Positions 17,418-26,662 of a stretch of 64,000 bases of DNA are shown one piece after another (position 1 is the stretch's first letter; the number at the start of each line of letters is the position of its first letter). The translations under genes were made by a program, and so were the position numbers. Origin of the DNA: an uncultured Holophagae bacterium (GTDB taxonomy: Bacteria; Acidobacteriota; Thermoanaerobaculia; Thermoanaerobaculales; Sulfomarinibacteraceae); the NCBI GenBank assembly GCA_963718055.1, contig CAVQXZ010000001.1:848983-912982 (forward strand). The letters run 5' to 3'. The notes below the pieces were generated by a model. That model did not search any database, was not told the origin of the DNA, and worked only from the letters and a program-made list of their open reading frames with translations.

Positions 17418-19907
17418 TTGCAGTTCTTCAAGTCTGACGTGACCGACTGTCTCCAGCAGCTCTCCAAGGGCGGGGTGACCGCCGAGGAGCGCGACCGGAT
17501 GCTGGAGGTGCTGCGCCAGGCCGACAGCCTGAGACCGCGCGATGTGGTCTGGATGGCCTTTCGCCCCGATCGCGTCCTGCGCGAGGCCTGTGGCGAGCTC
17601 CTGGGGCCACATCGCACGGCCGCCACCGTGGACCGCTTCATCGCCGAGGCCCGCAACAAGTCGGAGGCCGCGCTCCGAGCCGGCGCAGCGGTGCTGTTCT
17701 CGCTTCGGATCCCGGGCGTCGAGGGTCATCTGACAGAGCGGATCGCGTCGGAACGGGAGGAGGTCAGAGAAACCGCCCGGCGCCTCGTCGCCCAGGCCCC
17801 GGTCAGCGCCGGCCTGACGCCCCTGCTCTGGCAGCTGGTCGAGCGCGGCCGGGAGACGGCAGAACGCCTGCCGTTCGTCAAACAGCTTGCCACGGCGGAG
17901 ATGTCACCGCAGGCACTCCACCGCTGGAAGAAGATTGCCGCCGACGCAGATCCCGAGATCAGGGCCGCCGCCCTCAAGGTGCTCGCCGACAGGGTGCCGG
18001 ACGAGGCCGCCGACCAGATCGTCAATCAGCTCGCCTACGTGGACTACGACACCCAGCAGCACCTGATCGAGGCCCTTGCCAAGGTGGCCCGGAGCCAGGG
18101 CCCGGCCTTCATCGACCGTCTGCTGCCCCTGATGGCCTCGGGCGAGGCCGGCATCCGCTCGGCGGTCGTGAAGATCCTCATCGAGATGGAGGATCGTCAC
18201 GAGCTCGTAAAGCGCTACCTGAAGTTTTCGAAAACGCTTGCCGGATGGGCACGGGATCGGGCCCTGGACTCGATGCGGGAGTTCGGCGAGGATCTGGTGG
18301 AGCCCACCGTCGAGCTGCTGTCGGATCCGGACGAGGAGATTCGCGCCCTGGCGCTTGCCGTGGTGGGCGCCTTCGAGGACCCGCGGATCATCCCCGCCAC
18401 CGTCGAGCTGCTCGGCGCAGAGGACTGGTGGCTGCGGGTCTGCGCCGCCGACATTCTCGGGCAGTTCAACGACCCGCGGGCGGTGGATGCCCTGATGGCG
18501 GCGCTCGACGACGCCGAGGCTCGCTGGGCCGCGGTCGAGGCGCTCGGCCGGATCGGCGACCCGCGATGCCTGCCCAGGCTGTCGAAGCTGCTCAACGATC
18601 CGGCGCCCGAAGTTCGTATCGAGGTGCTGCTGGCGCTCCCCAAGTTCAACCACCCGAAGGTCCTCGAAGCCTTGCAGCGGGTCGCCAAGTCGGATCCGCA
18701 TCGCAGCGTCCGGGCCCGCGCCCTGGAGATCGCGGAAGAGGTGGCCGGCCGGGATCAGGCGTCGATCGAGGGCGCCGAGGAGCTGCGGACCGAGATCCAG
18801 AAGGCCCAGAGCGGGGCCGGCGAGCCACAGCTCAACACCCTTCTCGCCTCCACCCGCAACCAGGGCTGCTCCGACCTTCACCTCGCAGTCTCGTGCCCGC
18901 CAATCGTGCGCCACGGAGGCGCGCTGATCAGCGCTGACGAGGCGCCGTACAACGAGCAACAGGTCGCGCGGATGATCCGCGAGGTCCTCACCGACGAGCA
19001 GTGGGCCCGGTTGGAGAAGGAGAAGCAGCTCGACTTCTGCCACTACGTCCCCGGCGCCGGACGCTACCGCTCGAACGTCTTCCTCGATCAGCGGGGCTAC
19101 AGCGCGGTCTTCCGGGTCATCCCGGACCAGCCGCCGACGATCAGCGAGATCGGCCTTCCCGGCCACCTGGCGAAGATCGCCTCGATCCACCAGGGCCTGG
19201 TCGTGGTCTGTGGCCCATCCGGGTGTGGGAAGTCCACGACTGTCGCGGCCCTGGTCAACCTGCTCAACGAGACGCGACAGCACCACGTCATCACGCTCGA
19301 GGAACCGGTAGAGTTCATCCACCCGTTCAAGAACTGCCTGATCAACCAGCGCGAGATCGGCTCGGACAGTCGCTCCTACGCACGCGCCCTGCGCGCCGCC
19401 TTGCGCGAGAACCCGGATGTCATCGTGATCGGGGACCTGCGGGACACCGAGACCGTGTCCCTGGCCCTCACCGCGGCCGAGACCGGTCATCTCGTGCTCG
19501 CGACCATGAGCTCGACCAGCGCGCCGAAGGCGATCAACCGCATCATCTCGAGCTTCTCCGCCGACGAGCAACCGCAGGTGAGGGCTGGGCTGGCCGAGTC
19601 GCTCAAGTACGTCATCGCTCAGCGGCTGCTGGCGCTCGACGGCACCAGGAAACGGGTCGCCTGCTTCGAGGTCCTGGTGGGGACAGTATCCGTGGCGCAC
19701 ATGATCACCGAGGAGAAGACCCACCAGCTTCCGTCGGCGATGCAGATCGGCAAGGCCCAGGGCATGCAGACCTTCGACGACTCTCTCCGGGAGCTGCTCC
19801 GGCTCGGCAAGATCTCGGCCGAGAGCGCGTACCTCTACGCCACGAACCGCGAGGACTTCGAAGGCCTGGTGGCGCCGGAGTTCCTCGAGTCGAGGACCTT
19901 CCGATGA
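17418..19907 (+). CDS. Fusion of a roughly 470-aa HEAT/PBS-lyase-like repeat domain to a PilT-family hexameric ATPase
   Basis: The N-terminal half carries repeated DPxxEVRxxAxxALGxxxDPRAxxxL-type units (e.g. DPDEEIRALALAVVGAFEDPRIIP, DPRAVDALMAALDD, DPAPEVRIEVLLAL, DPHRSVRARALE). The C-terminal half is PilT-like: CSDLHLAV, Walker A GPSGCGKST, ITLEEPVEF, Walker B VIVIGDLRD, LVLATMSSTSA. Confidence 0.8.
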   Translation: MQFFKSDVTDCLQQLSKGGVTAEERDRMLEVLRQADSLRPRDVVWMAFRPDRVLREACGELLGPHRTAATVDRFIAEARNKSEAALRAGAAVLFSLRIPGVEGHLTERIASEREEVRETARRLVAQAPVSAGLTPLLWQLVERGRETAERLPFVKQLATAEMSPQALHRWKKIAADADPEIRAAALKVLADRVPDEAADQIVNQLAYVDYDTQQHLIEALAKVARSQGPAFIDRLLPLMASGEAGIRSAVVKILIEMEDRHELVKRYLKFSKTLAGWARDRALDSMREFGEDLVEPTVELLSDPDEEIRALALAVVGAFEDPRIIPATVELLGAEDWWLRVCAADILGQFNDPRAVDALMAALDDAEARWAAVEALGRIGDPRCLPRLSKLLNDPAPEVRIEVLLALPKFNHPKVLEALQRVAKSDPHRSVRARALEIAEEVAGRDQASIEGAEELRTEIQKAQSGAGEPQLNTLLASTRNQGCSDLHLAVSCPPIVRHGGALISADEAPYNEQQVARMIREVLTDEQWARLEKEKQLDFCHYVPGAGRYRSNVFLDQRGYSAVFRVIPDQPPTISEIGLPGHLAKIASIHQGLVVVCGPSGCGKSTTVAALVNLLNETRQHHVITLEEPVEFIHPFKNCLINQREIGSDSRSYARALRAALRENPDVIVIGDLRDTETVSLALTAAETGHLVLATMSSTSAPKAINRIISSFSADEQPQVRAGLAESLKYVIAQRLLALDGTRKRVACFEVLVGTVSVAHMITEEKTHQLPSAMQIGKAQGMQTFDDSLRELLRLGKISAESAYLYATNREDFEGLVAPEFLESRTFR

Positions 19908-20971
19908 CCGAGGTCGGGTACCGCATCGACCGCTTCCTGCGGCTCATGAACGATCGTGGGGCATCAGACCTTCACCTGGCCGTCGGGAGGCCGCCGATGC
20001 TGCGGGTGTCGGGCGCCATGGAGCAGATCCGCTACCGGATCGTGATGGAGGCGGACTTCCAACACATGCTGCAGCCGATTGCGCCGCCCGAACGCTGGCA
20101 GGAGTTCGAGGCCACCGGTGACACCGACTTCGCCTACGAGGTGCCGAGTCTTGCCCGCTTCCGGGTCAACCTGTTCCGGCAACGGCGCGGGTCCGCGGCC
20201 GTGTTTCGGGTCATTCCCAGCACGACCATGACCGTCGACCAGCTCGGGCTGCCGCCCCAGATCCGGCGCCTGGCCGACATCGAGTCCGGCTTGGTCCTGG
20301 TCACCGGGCCCACCGGCTCGGGCAAGTCCACCACCCTTGCCGCGATCGTCGACCTGATCAACGAATCCCGCGGCTATCACATCATCACTCTCGAGGATCC
20401 CATCGAGTTCGTGCATCCCAACAAGCGCAGCCTGATGCACCAGCGCGAGATGGGAGCACACGCGACCAGCTTCAGCGAGGCCCTTCGGGCCGCCGGGCGC
20501 GAGGACCCCGATCTCGTCCTGGTGGGTGAGATGCGCGATCTCGAGACGATCTCGATGGCGCTCGCCGCCGCCGAGCGCGGCACGGTCGTGTTCGGCACCC
20601 TCCACACCAACAGCGCGGTCAAGACCATCGATCGGATCATCGGTGTGTTCCCGGCCAGCGAGCAGAACGGCATCCGCAACGTGCTCGGCGAGTCGTTGCG
20701 GGCGGTGGTCGCGCAGCAGCTCCTGCCGCGGGTCGGCGGCGGCCGGGTGGCGGCGGTAGAGATCCTGTTCTGCACCCCGGCGATCGGCAACATGATCCGC
20801 GAAGGCAACACCCGGCAGATCACCTCGGCCATCCAGACCGGCTCGAAGAGCGGGATGATCGAGATGGACACCGCTATCCGCGCCCTCTTCGACGCCGGCC
20901 TGGTCAGCGCCCGCGCCGCCTACGACAAGGCCATCAACAAGGAGCTCTTCGAGGACCTGCTGGGGAGCTGA
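19904..20971 (+). CDS. pilT: Type IV pilus retraction ATPase PilT-family protein
   Basis: ATG 19904 overlaps the previous stop (ATGA). ASDLHLAVGRPPMLRVSG, Walker A GPTGSGKST, ITLEDPIEFVH, LVLVGEMRDLETI, GTLHTNSAVKTIDRII, and AIGNMIREGN (the PilT AIRNLIRE-type motif). Confidence 0.9.
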   Translation: MTEVGYRIDRFLRLMNDRGASDLHLAVGRPPMLRVSGAMEQIRYRIVMEADFQHMLQPIAPPERWQEFEATGDTDFAYEVPSLARFRVNLFRQRRGSAAVFRVIPSTTMTVDQLGLPPQIRRLADIESGLVLVTGPTGSGKSTTLAAIVDLINESRGYHIITLEDPIEFVHPNKRSLMHQREMGAHATSFSEALRAAGREDPDLVLVGEMRDLETISMALAAAERGTVVFGTLHTNSAVKTIDRIIGVFPASEQNGIRNVLGESLRAVVAQQLLPRVGGGRVAAVEILFCTPAIGNMIREGNTRQITSAIQTGSKSGMIEMDTAIRALFDAGLVSARAAYDKAINKELFEDLLGS

Positions 20972-21214
20972 CGCGGGCCGCCGCGCCACCCGGAACCGCC
21001 CGCTCGCCTCGGCCGCGGCATCTATTGGCTGGCGCCACAGGGCAGCGGCGGACGTTGCTCACGATCCCAGAGTGGTAGCGCAGCCACTGGCGCCGCCGTG
21101 ATCCGGACTGGTAGCATCGAGATCAGCCGCGGCGAGCGAAAACCGGAGGACTGACGCGCTGGGTCAAACGACGACGGTGACGACGCCGTCGAGATCACGA
21201 TTCGCGGAGGCACC

Positions 21215-22405
21215 ATGAGTCGATGGCCGGTGCGATGGTGGGCGACGGCCGGAGCGGCAGCGGTCGCGTTCGCGGCGGTGGCCGGTGCGCAGGACATGAC
21301 CGCCGGAGTCGTGACCGACCCGCCAGCGCCGGTGGCCGGCGGCGTCGCGACCTTCACCGCCACCTACGAGAACCTGGGGCCGGGGGAAGCGGCTGACGTC
21401 AACGTGAGTGTGCTGGTCCCCATCCAGCCGCAAACCTGGCCGCCAGGGTCGGACGGCTTCGTCGCGATGATCGATTCGACCCTTGGCACCGACATCAACG
21501 GCAACCAGGTGTTCTGGAGCTTCGATACGGACTCGCTGTGCGACTACTACAAGCTGGAGCTCCAGGAGCCGAACACGACCGGCGACCAGTTCATGATCCC
21601 GAACCCTTTTCCGGCCGGGCACAGTGGATCCTTCACCTGGGAGATGCCGATCATCCCGATGGAGGGCATCGACGTCGGGCGGGTCGTCATCACCGAGCCG
21701 GAGAGCCTGCGCAACAGCTTCTCGGTCAACGGCGCGCAGTGGGTGGAGTACCCGTGGCTGCACGGCCATGCCGGCCTCTACAACCTGGTTGCGGCCGCCG
21801 GCCTGTGCGACGAGGGTGGCGCAGACTGCGCCGATCTCCAGGCCTGCATCGGCGACCGTTTGTGGGCGATCGAGCCCCTTGTAGCCGAGCTCGAGATCGG
21901 CCAGGGCAACGACGGGGAACCGACCCTTGGGTGCGGCACCCAGCTCGTCGACTTCACAGCCGGGAGGATCGCGATCCTGCGCCGAGGCGTCTGCAACTTC
22001 ACCGTCAAGTTCGAAAACGCGCAGAACGCCGGGGCTCTCGGGGTCATCCTGGTCAATGACGGCCGCTGCGGCGATGTGCCGGACGCGGATCCGGACGAGT
22101 GCACGATCACCATGGGCGGCGACCCTGGCACCGGCTATCTGCTCGATGTCCCGTCGGTGCTCATGAGCCGCCGCCAGGGCGAGGAGCTGATCTCGGCGCT
22201 GCAGGGGGGGCAACGGGTCCGCGCGGCGATCGGCGCCATTCCGGGCGACAGCGTCGACCTGTTCACGCGGGTCACCTCCGACGTGGACCCGGACCTCACC
22301 AACGACTTCGTGGTGACCAGGGTGTTGCTCGGGGACGTGGGGCTGCTGTTCGCCGATGGCTTCGAGTCCGGCGACACCTCGGTGTGGTCGGCGACCGTGC
22401 CGTAG
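21215..22405 (+). CDS. Secreted PA (protease-associated) domain protein with the C-terminal FESGDTSxWSATVP tag
   Basis: Signal peptide MSRWPVRWWATAGAAAVAFAAVAGAQD. PA-like segment FTAGRIAILRRGVCNFTVKFENAQNAGALGVILVND. Ends [24 protein letters not shown]. Confidence 0.8.
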   Translation: MSRWPVRWWATAGAAAVAFAAVAGAQDMTAGVVTDPPAPVAGGVATFTATYENLGPGEAADVNVSVLVPIQPQTWPPGSDGFVAMIDSTLGTDINGNQVFWSFDTDSLCDYYKLELQEPNTTGDQFMIPNPFPAGHSGSFTWEMPIIPMEGIDVGRVVITEPESLRNSFSVNGAQWVEYPWLHGHAGLYNLVAAAGLCDEGGADCADLQACIGDRLWAIEPLVAELEIGQGNDGEPTLGCGTQLVDFTAGRIAILRRGVCNFTVKFENAQNAGALGVILVNDGRCGDVPDADPDECTITMGGDPGTGYLLDVPSVLMSRRQGEELISALQGGQRVRAAIGAIPGDSVDLFTRVTSDVDPDLTNDFVVTRVLLGDVGLLFADGFESGDTSVWSATVP

Positions 22406-22484
22406 GAGCGCGAGGGGCATGGGCCCCTCGACGAGCGACTGGAGGCGGACTGCAGTGGGATTCGCTCTCGCTGGCACGGTCCGC

Positions 22485-23042
22485 ATGCTGCCGGCGGTGT
22501 ACGATGGAGGCGTCGTGGATTTCGAGCGAGTTCTTCGGCTGCTCAGCGGTTTCTTACAAGGGGCTTCCGTGGAGTGGGGAGTCATCGGAGGGCTCGCGAT
22601 GGCGGTTTACGGGCCGGGCAGGACGACGCTCGACGTCGACATCGTGGTCGACGGTGAGCATCAGGATGGCGTCATCGCCTTTCTCGAGTCGCAAGGCTAC
22701 ATGACGCTGCACCGGTCGACCGGCTACTCGAACCACCTCCACTCGGACCCCGACCTGGGCCGGGTGGACGTCGTGTACCTGAGGGGAGACACCAGCCGCA
22801 GTGTGCTGTCGGCGGCCACTGTAAGGCCGGGGCCCGGAGGCGCGCCGATACCGGTACCCCGCGCGGAGCACCTCGCGGCGATGAAGGCCTTCGCCATCAA
22901 CAATGACCCCCGGCGTGCAGCCCGCGAGCTTGCCGACATCCGCGACCTGCTGGCTGCGCCAGGCGTCGATCGCGATGAGGTCCGCGAGTACCTGATCCGC
23001 TATGGTCTGGAGGGTCTCCTTGACCGACTCGAAGACGCGTGA
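22485..23042 (+). CDS. Minimal nucleotidyltransferase-fold protein
   Basis: Part of ORF 22356..23042; the ATG at 22485 was chosen but the start is uncertain. GVIGGLAMAVYGPGRTTLDVDIVV fits the G-x-G...D-x-D NTase motif. Confidence 0.55.
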   Translation: MLPAVYDGGVVDFERVLRLLSGFLQGASVEWGVIGGLAMAVYGPGRTTLDVDIVVDGEHQDGVIAFLESQGYMTLHRSTGYSNHLHSDPDLGRVDVVYLRGDTSRSVLSAATVRPGPGGAPIPVPRAEHLAAMKAFAINNDPRRAARELADIRDLLAAPGVDRDEVREYLIRYGLEGLLDRLEDA

Positions 23043-23232
23043 CCGCGGGGCCCTCGACCTCGAGCGCGATCTCCCGACGACGGTCGAGGATGTTCGTGTT
23101 CTCTGGGAGTTGAGGGGAGCGCACATCGAGAACGCCCTGGTTCACGCGAACCGCCTGCTGGCGCCAGGCTGGACGCTGGCCCGGGCTGCTGCCCGGCCTC
23201 TCTTCGAAGGCTACCGACCGTTCACGCTGTAG
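23002..23232 (+). CDS. Small hypothetical protein overlapping the end of the NTase gene (possible partner)
   Basis: 76-aa ORF with non-degenerate composition (DLERDLPTTVEDVRVLWELRGAHIENALVHANRLL). The start is uncertain and I recognise no family. Confidence 0.3.
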   Translation: MVWRVSLTDSKTRDRGALDLERDLPTTVEDVRVLWELRGAHIENALVHANRLLAPGWTLARAAARPLFEGYRPFTL

Positions 23233-23777
23233 CAGTGCGCGCCGACATCGTTTCGTCTCCGTCGGCGGCGCGAGCTCCGCCTGCCTGGCATTGTCCCTTG
23301 GGGAGTCCTTCCGAGTCTTGAAAACGGGACGTCCCGCTGCGGGAGCCGACGATCACCGACAGCGGCAAGATCATCGTCGACACCAACGACAAGTACACGT
23401 TCAGGCAGCAGCCCTGGTGACCACCGCCGATTCTCTCGTTCGCCGTCAGTCCGGCCACCGCGCTCCACGATCCGGATGGCGCGACGATCGAGCCGGGTGA
23501 GGCCGAGGACGATCCGATCGAGGTCCTGATCCCGGATCCGCTCGTCGATGAAGGTGCCGACGACGGAAGAAGACCCCTCATGGCATGTCGCACGCGCTCG
23601 CACGGGGAGTCCGGCGCCGGGCGGATGGTGAGCGCTTCCGGGTCGACCTCGGGAAGCCATGCCCACTTGACACGCGCCTTCCAGTGGGTGGCACCCTTTT
23701 TTGTGAGGCCTGACACGTGCTACGCCGTCATCCTCGGACACGATTTGACCGGACGTGGCCCTCTGCGTACGCTCGGA

Positions 23778-25466
23778 ATGGCAACTCCGAGGGAGGACGC
23801 CGTGCGTGGATCCAGCAACTCCCAGAGCGATGACCGCCGTGTCGGGCTCTGCGCCCGTGCCCTCGTCGTGCTCGGGCTCGCCGCTTTCTGCGACCCGGGG
23901 GTCGCCTTCGCCACCTGCAGCGGCGCGGGCAGGGCGTGGACCTGCACGGCCGGCAGCACGCGGGCGCAGGTGCAGGCAGTGATCGACGCTGCGGAGGACG
24001 AGGCGGTCGTCACCTTCGCCGCGGGCAGCTACGACTGGACCGGTGGCGTGATCAACCTGGGAGCGATCGACGGGGTGACCCTGAGGTGCGAGACGGTCGG
24101 GACCTGCCTCGTCGCCCACGACGGAAACCTCGTGTACAAGGACTTCGTCCCGGCGGCGTCGGACCGACTGCACCGGATCACCGGGTTCTCCTTCACCGGG
24201 ACGTCGGGCACCGGCACGATCTGGTTCCTCGGTCAGAACGACCTGACCCGGATTCGGATCGACCACAACACGTTCACGGAGACGAGCGGGAGCGGATGCA
24301 AGGTGGCCGTCTTCTTCGGCGCCATCGATCCCGGCTTCGACGGCAACATGTTCGGAGTCGTGGACAACAACACGTTCACGTCCACCAGCTCGTGGAACCA
24401 CATGGGCGTCAAGAACCTGTCGGGTCAGGACGCGGCCTGGACCCTCGGCCTGCCGGGCAGCGCGCGCAACCTGTTCATCGAGGACAACGTTTTCACGTAC
24501 TCGGCCCTGAACTACAACGGCGGTTGCGGCTGCATGGATGCCTGGAACGGTGGAGCCACGGTCTTTCGGTTCAACACGACGACGAACTGCCGCGTCGTGT
24601 CCCACGGCGTCTGCCACGGAGGCCCGCCCAACTTCGAGGTCTACCACAACGACATCACGACGCCCGATGGCTACCGGAACATCCATCATCAGGGGTCGGG
24701 CGAGATGTTCGTGTTCCACAACGATCTCAACAACGGCAACGAGATCGCCCTGCTGCACTACAGATCCTGCCCCCCCGAGCAGACCGGATGCTCCATGCCG
24801 CGCTGCGACGGGAGCCAGCCGATCGACGGCAACCGGTTGCCGACCTCCACCTACTACGGCTATCCCTGCTATCGCCAGCCCGGCCGGGACGCGAGCGGCA
24901 CGCTGCGGCCGATCTTCGCCTGGGACAACGTCCACGACGGCGGCAAGTCCGACATCGACTTCCAGGACGCCTGGGGTTGCACGAACCCGTCGCCGCACGA
25001 CCACGTTCAGGCCGACCGCGACTACTACAACGCCGTCTCCGCGCAAGCGCAGATCTCGCCGACCAGCCCCTTCGACGGCACGACCGGGATGGGTTTCGGC
25101 AGCCTGGCGAACCGTCCGCCGACCTGCACGACGACCTCCGAGGCCGCGGACGCCGGCCACGGCGGAGTGGGGTACTGGGCGACCGATGTCGGCAACTGGA
25201 ACGGCGGAGCGGGGGCCGAGCAGGGCAGGCTCTATCTGTGCAGCTCCGAGGACACCTGGACCGAGTACTACGAGCCCTATCGCTACCCGCACCCGCTGCG
25301 CGGAGTGCTGCTGATCGACGGTTTCGAGTCCGGCGACACCTCGGCGTGGAGCGCAACGGTACCGTGGGAACAGTCCGAAAGCACCAGGAGGCTGCAGCCT
25401 GCTCGGGTTTGGAGGGGAGCCACGGCACCCCTTAGCGGCAGTGACAGATGGGAGGAACGGTCATGA
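23778..25466 (+). CDS. Secreted right-handed beta-helix (pectate-lyase-fold-like) protein carrying the tag, followed by a 33-codon read-through extension
   Basis: ATG 23778 in ORF 23580..25466. Signal-like RRVGLCARALVVLGLAAFCDPGVAFA. Beta-helix-like turns (ITGFSFTGTSGTGTIWF, IRIDHNTFTE, VVDNNTFTS, LFIEDNVFTY). The tag [19 protein letters not shown] is followed by TGG (25365-25367) where all paralogous tags have a stop. Confidence 0.75.
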   Translation: MATPREDAVRGSSNSQSDDRRVGLCARALVVLGLAAFCDPGVAFATCSGAGRAWTCTAGSTRAQVQAVIDAAEDEAVVTFAAGSYDWTGGVINLGAIDGVTLRCETVGTCLVAHDGNLVYKDFVPAASDRLHRITGFSFTGTSGTGTIWFLGQNDLTRIRIDHNTFTETSGSGCKVAVFFGAIDPGFDGNMFGVVDNNTFTSTSSWNHMGVKNLSGQDAAWTLGLPGSARNLFIEDNVFTYSALNYNGGCGCMDAWNGGATVFRFNTTTNCRVVSHGVCHGGPPNFEVYHNDITTPDGYRNIHHQGSGEMFVFHNDLNNGNEIALLHYRSCPPEQTGCSMPRCDGSQPIDGNRLPTSTYYGYPCYRQPGRDASGTLRPIFAWDNVHDGGKSDIDFQDAWGCTNPSPHDHVQADRDYYNAVSAQAQISPTSPFDGTTGMGFGSLANRPPTCTTTSEAADAGHGGVGYWATDVGNWNGGAGAEQGRLYLCSSEDTWTEYYEPYRYPHPLRGVLLIDGFESGDTSAWSATVPWEQSESTRRLQPARVWRGATAPLSGSDRWEERS

Positions 25467-26437
25467 CCAGACATCGCAGCCTTGTCGTCACCTGCCTCGC
25501 GTTCTCAGCCAGCCTCCTCGCGGCTACGAGCGGCAACGCACAGCTCGTCCTCGTCGACCACACCGGCACCTTTATCCACGAAATCCCCACAACCGCCATT
25601 ACCCAGGCCCAGGCCGACCTGCACGTCGCCTACGCTCACACCAGCCATGGCAGCCAGTTGATCACTGGCCTCGATGCCCTGATGAGCTACCCGCCCTTTG
25701 CCGACGCCTTCCAGTGGAGCGACGATGGCTCGGTGGGGCTCGACCTCGACGACTTCGGCATCCCCTGCAACATCCCGGATCTCAGCCAGGGCGACTACAT
25801 CGACCCATACGGTGTGACACCGTGGGTCACCTGCACCCGCACCTTCCTTGACGACCCGGCCAACACCCACGTCAACGTGATCATGTGGTCGTGGTGCAGC
25901 ATCAACGGCCACGACGCTCAGCGCTACGTCTCCAACATGGACCTCCTAGTCACCGAGTACCCGGACGTCCACTTCGTCTACATGACCGGGCACGCCGAGG
26001 GCCAGGGCGAGGATATGACCCCGGGCAGCGTCCACTACAACAACCAGCTCATCCGCCAGCACTGCGCCGCCAACGGACGCATCCTGTTCGACTTCGGGGA
26101 CATCGAGGCGTACGACCCCGACGGGGCGTACTACTGGGACCAGCACATGTACGACAACCTCGACTACGACGGTGGCAACTGGGCCCAGCAGTGGATCGCC
26201 GCCAACCCCGAGTCCGAGCTGGCCGAGCTGGTGCTCGGGGACGGCGCCGGCTACCCGGGCGTCTCGGGCTGTGCCCACTCCGACAGCCCGACTGAGGCCA
26301 ACCTCAACTGCGTGCTCAAGGGCCAGGCGTCTTGGTGGCTGTTTGCCCGCCTGGCCGGCTGGGATGGAGGTGGAGCGACCTTTGCTGATGGCTTCGAGTC
26401 CGGCGACACCTCGGCGTGGTCGGCGACGGTGCCGTAG
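25463..26437 (+). CDS. Secreted protein of unknown fold with the C-terminal tag
   Basis: ATG 25463 (GGAGG 8 nt upstream; an alternative ATG is at 25448). Signal peptide MTRHRSLVVTCLAFSASLLAATSGNAQ. Ends [24 protein letters not shown]. Confidence 0.75.
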   Translation: MTRHRSLVVTCLAFSASLLAATSGNAQLVLVDHTGTFIHEIPTTAITQAQADLHVAYAHTSHGSQLITGLDALMSYPPFADAFQWSDDGSVGLDLDDFGIPCNIPDLSQGDYIDPYGVTPWVTCTRTFLDDPANTHVNVIMWSWCSINGHDAQRYVSNMDLLVTEYPDVHFVYMTGHAEGQGEDMTPGSVHYNNQLIRQHCAANGRILFDFGDIEAYDPDGAYYWDQHMYDNLDYDGGNWAQQWIAANPESELAELVLGDGAGYPGVSGCAHSDSPTEANLNCVLKGQASWWLFARLAGWDGGGATFADGFESGDTSAWSATVP

Positions 26438-26662
26438 GCGAGGGGCGCGGCGGCCCCGTGATTCATGCCGCGCGGTGTGCGCGGCAAGGCACGATTCCTC
26501 GATCTGCCCCCGGCACGGGGGGCCATTCTGTGGCTGGCACCACACGCGCGCTGATTGAGTATTGCGTGTCGGCGGCGGGCGGCATAATGGCATAATGGTG
26601 CCGGGCACGCCATTCCGCCTTTGTTTGTTGCGTCGTCACCGGGGGGCGCCGGCCGGCTCGAA

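Noticed and set aside
16755-17729. 324-aa minus-strand ORF across the DoxX / HEAT-PilT divergent region.
   Set aside because: It overlaps DoxX out of frame and runs through the intergenic region. Its composition is Arg/Ala/Pro-biased and no motif is recognisable.
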